NCBI GenBank assembly: GCA_038060895.1 | Contig: JBBTCT010000014.1 | Span: forward strand, 92,649-137,621 | Length of the DNA: 44,973 bases | Direction of reading: 5' to 3' | Source: Planctomycetota bacterium | GTDB taxonomy: Bacteria > Planctomycetota > MHYJ01 > WSZJ01 | Part shown: one piece after another, positions 9,088 to 16,418 of the stretch | Numbering within the stretch: position 1 is the first letter of the stretch | How the letters are laid out: the number at the start of each line of letters is the position of its first letter | Translations under genes and position numbers: made by a program | The notes under the pieces: generated by a model | What the model was told of the DNA's origin: nothing | What the model saw: the letters and a program-made list of their open reading frames with translations, nothing else | The model's database searches: none

Positions 9088-9930
9088 TTACTCCTCGTCT
9101 TTCAGCGCGTCCGCAAACCACTCCGAGTGTTGTGCGAGCGTTTCGACGTAGCGTCGGACGTCTTCTTTCGCCTCCGAATCGAGCTCGCGGTACGGCACGA
9201 CGTGTCTGTCGGGGACAAAGCGAAACGTGAAGTTCACGCGGCGCGTCTCGAATCCATCGACATTAATGTCGAACTTCGCGCCGGCGCGGTGGTCGACGCG
9301 CTGGACGCGGTGAAAGACCTGCTGTTTCCAGTAGCGGCCGGCGAAGACCTGGAGTGAGCCGTCGTCGAGCCACTGCTGGCACACGACGGCGTCGCGGCTG
9401 CCGGGGCGGGTGCTTTCGACGAACTGGAACAGCGCGCGCTCGCCCAGCGAGATGGACGCGACGGGGCCGGGCTCAAAGTCCTTGTGTTCGCCGACGCGCG
9501 CGACGTCAGTGCGCTTCTTCCCCTCGATGCGGTCCCCGTACATGTTCACGAGGCAGGTGTTGCAGCGCCATCCCTCGGGCAGGACCTCAGGCGCGTACTT
9601 GCGGTGGACGAGGTCTTCGATGCGCTTCACGAGCTTCGCCAGCACCGGCGGGAACGGCTCGGCCTTCACGCACCGGTTCTCGACGCCCGCAGGCGGCCGG
9701 TAATAGTCGAGGCACGCGAACTGCCAGTTGCCGAGCCAGTAGACCGGGCGGAGAAGCTGGCGCTGGGACTGTCCCTCGGGAGGCGGCCGGCGGTCGGAGA
9801 AGCGGTTCTCCCAGATCGGGTGGATCGTCCCGAGCCATTCGAGAATCGCCGCGTAGTCCTTCGGGCCCACGAAGCCCGGGTCGTAGTGCAGCCCGGGGGG
9901 ACGCTCGCCGCGGCGGGGCGGGGGCTTCAT
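9088..9930 (-). CDS. AlkB-family 2-oxoglutarate/Fe(II) dioxygenase
   Basis: NTCLVNMY, GEHKD (HxD), VASISLG, FHRV, RRVNFTFR. Confidence 0.85.
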   Translation of the reverse strand: MKPPPRRGERPPGLHYDPGFVGPKDYAAILEWLGTIHPIWENRFSDRRPPPEGQSQRQLLRPVYWLGNWQFACLDYYRPPAGVENRCVKAEPFPPVLAKLVKRIEDLVHRKYAPEVLPEGWRCNTCLVNMYGDRIEGKKRTDVARVGEHKDFEPGPVASISLGERALFQFVESTRPGSRDAVVCQQWLDDGSLQVFAGRYWKQQVFHRVQRVDHRAGAKFDINVDGFETRRVNFTFRFVPDRHVVPYRELDSEAKEDVRRYVETLAQHSEWFADALKDEE

Positions 9931-10766
9931 TTTTCGTTCAGCCGCGCCTTCGACGACAAAAACGCTTCCCAGGCGGCGCTCTGCACGACCGGGGCCTCAT
10001 CCCGGGAGACGCCGATGGCCTGGCGGGCCGCAGTCGTGACCGTCGCCGGGAGCCCCACCGGGGTCTTTTCGTAGATCGCCGCGAAAAAAGTGCAGGCGAC
10101 GAGGTAAGTCCCCGCCGGGGTCGGTTGGCCGATCTGGTCCGCGTAAAACTTGAAGTTCGGATTCCTCTTGAGGACGAGTTCGAGCGCCATTCCCGCCGGC
10201 GCGACCCGCGCGCCAAGTTCCCGCGTGATGTCGAGGTAGGGCCGCGTCACATTCTCCTGGGGCGCCCGCGAGTCGGGCCGCGTCCATGTCATGTAGAACA
10301 ACGCCGTCGCGCGCCGGGCCTTGATGACCTCGTGGAACTTGCGGGCATACGGAAAGAAAAGAGTGTCGCGGTCGACGCTCTCAAGGGGGATCAGGCTCCG
10401 CTCCTGCAGAACGACGAAATTCCAGTCGGTGTCGCGGATGGCGGTCGCTGCGCCGGAATCCCAGTGCACCTTGAGATTCGCGCCCACGGCTGTGAATCCC
10501 TGGACCTGAATGTACGGGTCCTCCCCGGCCGCCTTCGCGAGCGCCTCGAGAGTTCCAGGTAGATCGTTGACGTAGGTGTAGCTGTTGCCGATGAAGAGGA
10601 CCTTGAGGACGTGTCCGCGGTCCTCCGCTGACTCCGCCTTTCGGCCGGCATCGCCGCGCACCGCGAACTTGTAGAGCACGAACGCGAGGCCGCCGATGAG
10701 GACGACGAGGCCGAGGATTTCGGCGGTCCTGCCGCGAGAGGGTCCAGGTTGCGTGGGTTCGGCCAC
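9927..10766 (-). CDS. SGNH/GDSL-like hydrolase (DUF4886-like) with N-terminal membrane anchor
   Basis: VLFIGNSYT, WNFVVLQERS, FYMTW, PAGTYLVAC; the usual DxxH appears as DQIGQP, so activity is uncertain. Confidence 0.75.
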   Translation of the reverse strand: MAEPTQPGPSRGRTAEILGLVVLIGGLAFVLYKFAVRGDAGRKAESAEDRGHVLKVLFIGNSYTYVNDLPGTLEALAKAAGEDPYIQVQGFTAVGANLKVHWDSGAATAIRDTDWNFVVLQERSLIPLESVDRDTLFFPYARKFHEVIKARRATALFYMTWTRPDSRAPQENVTRPYLDITRELGARVAPAGMALELVLKRNPNFKFYADQIGQPTPAGTYLVACTFFAAIYEKTPVGLPATVTTAARQAIGVSRDEAPVVQSAAWEAFLSSKARLNEK

Positions 10767-10775
10767 GACGTGAGT

Positions 10776-12332
10776 CTACCGGCCCTTGATGCGCTTCAGG
10801 GCTTCCTTCGCCATCGCCGTCAGCGCCGACTCCGGGTCTCCCGACGACAGCGTCTCCAGGATCGCCGCCGACTTTTCTCCCGCAATTCCCTCGAGGATCC
10901 TGACGGCGCGGACAGTGCGCCGTTCGTCCTCGGTGAAAGGCTCCCAGGGGAGTTTCGTCTCGAGGATTTCCTGGATGCGCATTCTCACCTCGGCGGACGG
11001 AGGCGACTGCAGGGTCTTGCGAATGGCCGCTTCTGCCTTCGGGCCGAGGTGGACGAGCTCTTCCTGGGCCTTATCGCGGATTTCGGGGTCGTCGTGGTCG
11101 AGGCGGAGGATCAGGTCGGCGACGCGTTTCGAGAAATCGGGGTCGGGGGCGGCGGGCCGGAGGCGGGCGCCGAACATCTCGAGCGCCCTGTCCGGTTTCG
11201 CTGCGAGCGCGGCGACGCCGGACCAGCTGCGCGGCCCGGGAGCTTCCCCGAGGCGCTTCCAGAGTGCGTCGTCCGTATCGGAAGCGGCGGTAGCCGCGGA
11301 GAGTTCCAGGGCGGTCAGGTCCCAGACCTGGATACTGCCGTCCCAGGAGCCGGTGGCGAGGCGCGTGCCGTCGGCGGACAGCCGGCAGCGGCACGTTGTG
11401 AGCGTGTGGCCGCCGAGTTCGAGGAGGAGCTCGCCGCTCGAGGCATCCCAGAGCCGGATGGCGTTGTCCCAGGTCCGGTCAGGCGCGGCGATCGCGCCCA
11501 GGGGATGCATGCCGCCGGTGACGAGCAGTCCGCCGTCCGCGGAGATATCGACCGCGCCGACGAAGCCGCCGTGAACTGCCCAGGAGGCGCCGACTTTCCG
11601 TTCGGGAATCGACCACGTGCGCATGCGTCCGTCACCGCCTCCTGCATACAGGCGCCCGCCGTCGGGGCTGAAGACGGGATAGCCGAGGTGCGGGCTCTGG
11701 GCCCGGAGCGCGGGCTGGATCTCAAACGCGCCCAGCTCCGCGCCGGTCTCCGCGTCCCAGAGCTTCGCCGTGCTGTCCTGGCTCGCGGAAGCGAGCAGCT
11801 TGCCGTCGGCGGACAGGCCCGCACAAACGCAATCGCGGTGGCCTTGCATCCTCCGGAGTTCCTTCAGTGTCTCCACTTCCCAGACGCGGATCAGTGGGTC
11901 GTACCCGGTGGAGAAGATCGACTTCCCGTCTGGGAAAAAGCCAATCGTCGTCGCGCCGGTCCCGTGCGTGCCCCGCCCGTGCGCGTTCGCCTTCGAACGG
12001 AGCGATCTCCCCTGAACCAGGTCCCAGATCCGGATCGAGTTGTCATCGCTTCCGGTCGCCAGCACCTTGCTGTCCGCCGAAAAGGCAACGCACGTCACGC
12101 GCCCCGTGTGTCCCTCCAGCGTATTGACTTCCTGGCCGGACTTCGTGTCGAAAAGGTGCACCAGTCTGTCGAATCCTGCCACGGCGAGCATCTTGCCGTC
12201 GGGGGAGAAGCGCAGGTCGCCGACGCCGTTCTGGAGCTGCATCCGCAGGAGCCGGCCTTTTGGTTCGGGTTCCTCCGCGAAGGAGGGAAGGGACAGGAGG
12301 AGGGCGGTGACGAGAACGGAGCGGGCGAGCAT
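10776..12332 (-). CDS. secreted WD40-repeat protein with C-terminal HEAT-like helices
   Basis: Signal peptide from ATG 12332; about 7 GH...FSxDG..LA.GS.D..I..WD repeats; LDHDDPEIRDKAQEEL tail. Confidence 0.88.
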   Translation of the reverse strand: MLARSVLVTALLLSLPSFAEEPEPKGRLLRMQLQNGVGDLRFSPDGKMLAVAGFDRLVHLFDTKSGQEVNTLEGHTGRVTCVAFSADSKVLATGSDDNSIRIWDLVQGRSLRSKANAHGRGTHGTGATTIGFFPDGKSIFSTGYDPLIRVWEVETLKELRRMQGHRDCVCAGLSADGKLLASASQDSTAKLWDAETGAELGAFEIQPALRAQSPHLGYPVFSPDGGRLYAGGGDGRMRTWSIPERKVGASWAVHGGFVGAVDISADGGLLVTGGMHPLGAIAAPDRTWDNAIRLWDASSGELLLELGGHTLTTCRCRLSADGTRLATGSWDGSIQVWDLTALELSAATAASDTDDALWKRLGEAPGPRSWSGVAALAAKPDRALEMFGARLRPAAPDPDFSKRVADLILRLDHDDPEIRDKAQEELVHLGPKAEAAIRKTLQSPPSAEVRMRIQEILETKLPWEPFTEDERRTVRAVRILEGIAGEKSAAILETLSSGDPESALTAMAKEALKRIKGR

Positions 12333-12399
12333 GAAGACCTCCGGGGGTGCGAACGACGGCGGGTGCGGATGGGTGAGGCACGAGGTTACGGGAAAGACG

Positions 12400-12578
12400 A
12401 ACTTCAACTTCATCGTTTCAACTTTCAAGCAAACGCCAACTTCAAACGGACAACTTCAATTCCTGAACAGGGGAGCCACCGGACCTCGAGACGCTTTCGA
12501 ACGCACGCCTCGAAGTGCTGTCTTGAAGTTGTCGTCTTGTAGTTCTCCCTTTGCTTGGAAATTCGCGGTTTTGAAGTT
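12400..12578. repeat. long imperfect inverted repeat built from AACTTCAA-like units
   Basis: Left arm 12400-12459 (aacttcaa..aactttcaagcaaa..aacttcaa..gacaacttcaa) matches the reverse complement of right arm 12523-12578 (ttgaagttgtc..ttgtagtt..tttgcttggaaatt..ttgaagtt). Confidence 0.85.
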
Positions 12579-12639
12579 GCATTTTCCGCGAAGCGGCTTC
12601 CCTCGCCCCTTTCGACGCCCCCCTATAACCTAGGGTTCC

Positions 12640-13368
12640 ATGCCATCCGCCGCGCCGACGTTCTCGAACCTCCCGCGCCACATCGCCGTCATCATGGACG
12701 GGAATGGACGGTGGGCGGAGTTGAAAGGCCTTCCGCGGCACAAGGGGCACGAAGCCGGCGCGCGGACGGTCCGGGAGATCACCGAGGAATGCGCGCGGCT
12801 CGGCGTCGGGCGCCTGACGCTGTACGCGTTTTCGGCGGAAAACTGGAAGCGGCCGAAGCGCGAAATCGACTTCCTGATGAAGCTGCTGAAGCGGTATCTC
12901 GCCGGGGAGCGGCCGACGCTGATGAAGAACGGAATCCGCTTCACGGCGATCGGTCGGCTGCACGAGCTGTCGCCGGAGGTGCTCGCGGAGATCGAGAAGA
13001 CGAAGGCGATGACGCGCGAGAATCCGAAGATGACGATGACGCTCGCGCTGAACTACGGCGGTCGCGGCGAGATCGTGGACGCGGCGCGGAAGTTCGCGGG
13101 GGACGCGCTTCGGCGCGGCAAGGTGCCGGAGCTGTCGGAAGACGAGTTCGCGAAGTACCTCTACGACCCGGCGGGCGCGGAGGTTGACCTGCTCATCCGC
13201 ACCGGCGGCGACCATCGCGTCTCGAATTTCCTCCTCTGGGAGAGCTCGTACGCGGAACTCTGGTTCACGAAGGCGTTCTGGCCCGATTTCGGCATCCCGC
13301 AGCTTCACGAGGCGCTTGCCGACTTCGCCAGGCGCGACCGGCGGTTCGGGGGGCTCACGGAGCGATGA
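12640..13368 (+). CDS. uppS: undecaprenyl diphosphate synthase (isoprenyl transferase)
   Basis: HIAVIMDGNGRWA, LYAFSAENWKRP, ALNYGGR, DLLIRTGG..RVSNFLLW. Confidence 0.97.
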   Translation: MPSAAPTFSNLPRHIAVIMDGNGRWAELKGLPRHKGHEAGARTVREITEECARLGVGRLTLYAFSAENWKRPKREIDFLMKLLKRYLAGERPTLMKNGIRFTAIGRLHELSPEVLAEIEKTKAMTRENPKMTMTLALNYGGRGEIVDAARKFAGDALRRGKVPELSEDEFAKYLYDPAGAEVDLLIRTGGDHRVSNFLLWESSYAELWFTKAFWPDFGIPQLHEALADFARRDRRFGGLTER

Positions 13369-14222
13369 AAGCGCGGCTGCTGATCGGCATCCCGATGGCG
13401 ATCCTCTCGGTCGCGCTGTTCATCTTCGACCACCACTTCCAGTGGGCCTGGGGCGTGCGGGTGCTCTACATCCTCGGCCTCACCTGGGGCATGAAGGAGT
13501 TCGTGCGCCTGCAGCAGGCGGGGGGCGCGAAACTGTCGGTCGTCCCGATGTGCGGCGTCACGGCGCTGCTCTGTGTCGCGCACGTCTTCGAGCTGTGGAA
13601 GGAGCGCCCGCTGGGCCTCGGGGGGACGTCACTCGCCGACGCGATCCTCGTCATGGCGATGGTCACCTCTTTCTGCGTCGAGGTCGTCCGCGGCGAGCCG
13701 GAGCGCTTCCGCAGCCTCTCGATCCAGTTCCTCGGGTTCTTCTACATCTGGGTGCTGGGCTCGTACTCGATGAAGATCCGCGCGCTGCCGAACATCGGCG
13801 AGGGCGCGTTCATCTGGTACCTCGTGGTGAACAAGTGGACCGACGCGTGCGCGTATTTCACCGGAAAGGCCTTCGGAAAGCACAAGCTCATCCCGAAAGT
13901 CTCGCCGGGCAAGACGGTCGAAGGGCTGATCGGCGGGCTCGTCCTCGGCTGTCTCGGCGGCCTCATTCCCTGGTACCTGACGCGTCTTCGAACCGACATC
14001 CCCCTCTGGTTGTTCATCCCCCTGTCGCTTGTCTCGCAGATCGCCGGGCAGTTTGGCGACCTGGTGGAGAGCCTGATGAAGCGCTCGGTGCAGGCGAAGG
14101 ACTCATCGGCGCTTCTCCCGGGCCTCGGCGGCGTGCTGGACGTCATTGACTGCGTGCTTTTGACGGCGCCGGTCACGTACTTCCTGTTCCTGGCCGTGCA
14201 CCGGTTCTTCCCACCCCAATAA
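13365..14222 (+). CDS. cdsA: phosphatidate cytidylyltransferase
   Basis: D..AYFTGKAFGKHKLIPKVSPGKTVEG, GDLVESLMKR...KDS..LLPG.GGVLDVID; multiple TM segments. Confidence 0.95.
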   Translation: MKARLLIGIPMAILSVALFIFDHHFQWAWGVRVLYILGLTWGMKEFVRLQQAGGAKLSVVPMCGVTALLCVAHVFELWKERPLGLGGTSLADAILVMAMVTSFCVEVVRGEPERFRSLSIQFLGFFYIWVLGSYSMKIRALPNIGEGAFIWYLVVNKWTDACAYFTGKAFGKHKLIPKVSPGKTVEGLIGGLVLGCLGGLIPWYLTRLRTDIPLWLFIPLSLVSQIAGQFGDLVESLMKRSVQAKDSSALLPGLGGVLDVIDCVLLTAPVTYFLFLAVHRFFPPQ

Positions 14223-14230
14223 GAGGCCGC

Positions 14231-15250
14231 ATGTCACGCATCGACAAATCGCTGACGGTTGAGGACCGGGACCAGATCGTGGGGCTTCTCGGCGCGCAGG
14301 ACCGGCATGCGCGCGTGGTGCGGGACGCGTTCGGCGTGAACATCATGGCGCGCGGAAGCGAGGTCAAGGTTTCGGGGCAGCCTCCGCGGGTGGAGAAGGC
14401 GCTGAAGGTGCTGGAGCAGATGCTGAAGCACGTGCAGGAGGAGGGGTGGATTTCTCCCGAGCGGGTGTCGGAGCTGATCCGGGACGGGCAGGGGACGGAG
14501 GCGCCGCACGCGCGGCACGAAGCGGACCCGGGGAGTGAATTCGTAGACCGGCGCAAGAAGGACGGCCTTGAGGTGTCGCGGCGCGGCGCGAAGTTCGGGG
14601 GGCGCAGCAACGGACAGGGAACGTACATCGAGGCGATCCGCTCGCACGACATCACCTTCTGCATCGGCCCCGCGGGAACGGGGAAGACATACATCGCCGT
14701 CGCGCTGGCGGTCGAAGCGCTCAAGGGCGCGCGCGTGCGGCGGATCGTGCTGGCGCGCCCGGCGGTGGAAGCCGGCGAGCGTCTGGGCTTCCTGCCCGGC
14801 GACATCCAGGCGAAGGTCAACCCGTACCTGCGTCCGCTCTACGACGGGCTCAACGCGATCCTGGAGACGGGGCAGCTCAAGCGGCTCATCGACTCCGAGG
14901 TCATCGAAATCGTCCCGCTCGCCTACATGCGCGGCCGCACGCTCGACGACGCCTTCATCATCCTCGACGAAGCGCAGAACACGACGCCCGAGCAGATGAA
15001 GATGTTCCTGACGCGCATGGGGACCGGCTCGAAGATCGTCGTGACCGGGGACGTGACGCAAATCGATCTGCCGCTCGGGAAAACGTCGGGCCTGATCGAA
15101 GCGCAGTCCTTCATGCCCGAGATCGACGGGATCTCCTTCATCTACCTCACGCGAGCCGACATCGTCCGGCATCCGCTTGTGCAGAAGATCGTGGATGCTT
15201 ACGACAAGCGCGAAGCGTCGCTGGCGAGGAAAAAGCAGGCGCGTCGATAG
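14231..15250 (+). CDS. phoH: PhoH-family ATPase (YbeZ/PhoL type)
   Basis: GPAGTGKT, RPAVEAGERLGFLPGD, AYMRGRTL, ILDEAQN, GDVTQIDLP, VRHPLV. Confidence 0.95.
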   Translation: MSRIDKSLTVEDRDQIVGLLGAQDRHARVVRDAFGVNIMARGSEVKVSGQPPRVEKALKVLEQMLKHVQEEGWISPERVSELIRDGQGTEAPHARHEADPGSEFVDRRKKDGLEVSRRGAKFGGRSNGQGTYIEAIRSHDITFCIGPAGTGKTYIAVALAVEALKGARVRRIVLARPAVEAGERLGFLPGDIQAKVNPYLRPLYDGLNAILETGQLKRLIDSEVIEIVPLAYMRGRTLDDAFIILDEAQNTTPEQMKMFLTRMGTGSKIVVTGDVTQIDLPLGKTSGLIEAQSFMPEIDGISFIYLTRADIVRHPLVQKIVDAYDKREASLARKKQARR

Positions 15251-15305
15251 GTCCCTCTCCAACTGGTCGCTCGCAAGGCCTCACTGGTTCAAGTAAGTTG
15301 ACCCC

Positions 15306-15962
15306 ATGCGCGGCCGCAACTGGGCGAAAGTCGTCGTCGTCGGGGTCGTCTACTCCGTGATGACGGTGGTCGGCGTGCTCTGGGTGATCGCGCGCGATGG
15401 GCGGGAGGCGTTCTGGCAGATCGTCGCGAACGACCGCTGGTCCTCGATCGGGCTCGGCGTCGGGCTCGCGACCGCGGTGCTCTGGCTCTCAGGGTGGGCC
15501 GCGGCGAAGACGAACTGGGGGCGCACGCTGGACGCGTTCTTCGCGCAGGTGTTCGGAGGATTCTCGGTGTTCCAGTGCATCGCCACCGCCGTCGCGAGCG
15601 GGATCGGCGAGGAAATGCTCTTCCGCGCCGCTCTCCAGCCGTCGGCGATCGCGCTGGCGGCGAAGTGGACGGGCGCGGGGTTCGCGGCAGGGTCGCTGGG
15701 GATCCTGCTGACCTCTCTTGCGTTCGGGGCGGTGCACCTGCCGTTCAAGAGGGAACTGGCGCCGTGGACTCTCTTCGCCATAGGCACCTCGATCGCGTTC
15801 GGCGCGATCTACGCGTGGACCGACAACATCGTCGGGCCGATGCTCGCTCACGCGATGATCAACGGCGTCAACCTGTCGCGGATCGCGCGGAAGGGCGCGC
15901 CGACGGGGCCTGCGCTGATGATTCACCAGAAGGGCGGGATGCTGGAGTTTGAACGGCGCTGA
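15306..15962 (+). CDS. CPBP (CAAX/Abi) family intramembrane glutamic protease
   Basis: GEEMLFRA, FGAVH, AHAMIN motifs within TM helices. Confidence 0.88.
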   Translation: MRGRNWAKVVVVGVVYSVMTVVGVLWVIARDGREAFWQIVANDRWSSIGLGVGLATAVLWLSGWAAAKTNWGRTLDAFFAQVFGGFSVFQCIATAVASGIGEEMLFRAALQPSAIALAAKWTGAGFAAGSLGILLTSLAFGAVHLPFKRELAPWTLFAIGTSIAFGAIYAWTDNIVGPMLAHAMINGVNLSRIARKGAPTGPALMIHQKGGMLEFERR

Positions 15963-15980
15963 TGGGAGCCGAAACCTGCC

Positions 15981-16385
15981 TCAGGTAATGACCTCAAATC
16001 GACCGTAGCGCCTGAAGTCCTCGTCGAACGTGAAGACCTCCCGCACTTTCAGTCGTTCCATCACCGCGAAACTTGTCAGGTCCGTGAAGCTGAAGTCCCT
16101 GTCCCGAAGCTTGAGGCAAAGGCTCCACGCCCTGCGCTCGTCGGCCTCTTCGAGCCGAACGCAGTCGACGAGCACGCATTCGAGAATCGCGCGTCCAACA
16201 CTTTCCCGCGCGTCCGCGTCTCTCCGAAACCAGGTCAGCGTCTCATCCAGGATGAAATTCGTGGTGAGCAGGCGAGCCCCGGTCCCGATGAGTTCCTTGA
16301 GCAATCGACCAGCGACCCCGTGTTCCTGGTCACGCGGATCGTAGGCCGCGATGAATGCCGAAGTGTCCGCGAAGACGCGTCGCAA
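15981..16385 (-). CDS. PIN-domain (VapC-like) ribonuclease
   Basis: VFADTSAFIA..D..D..H, TTNFILDET, SFTDLTSFAVME, FTFDEDF; TTG start. Confidence 0.88.
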   Translation of the reverse strand: MRRVFADTSAFIAAYDPRDQEHGVAGRLLKELIGTGARLLTTNFILDETLTWFRRDADARESVGRAILECVLVDCVRLEEADERRAWSLCLKLRDRDFSFTDLTSFAVMERLKVREVFTFDEDFRRYGRFEVIT

Positions 16386-16418
16386 GGCCGCGCCTACCGG
16401 CTATCATTCCTCCCCGGA

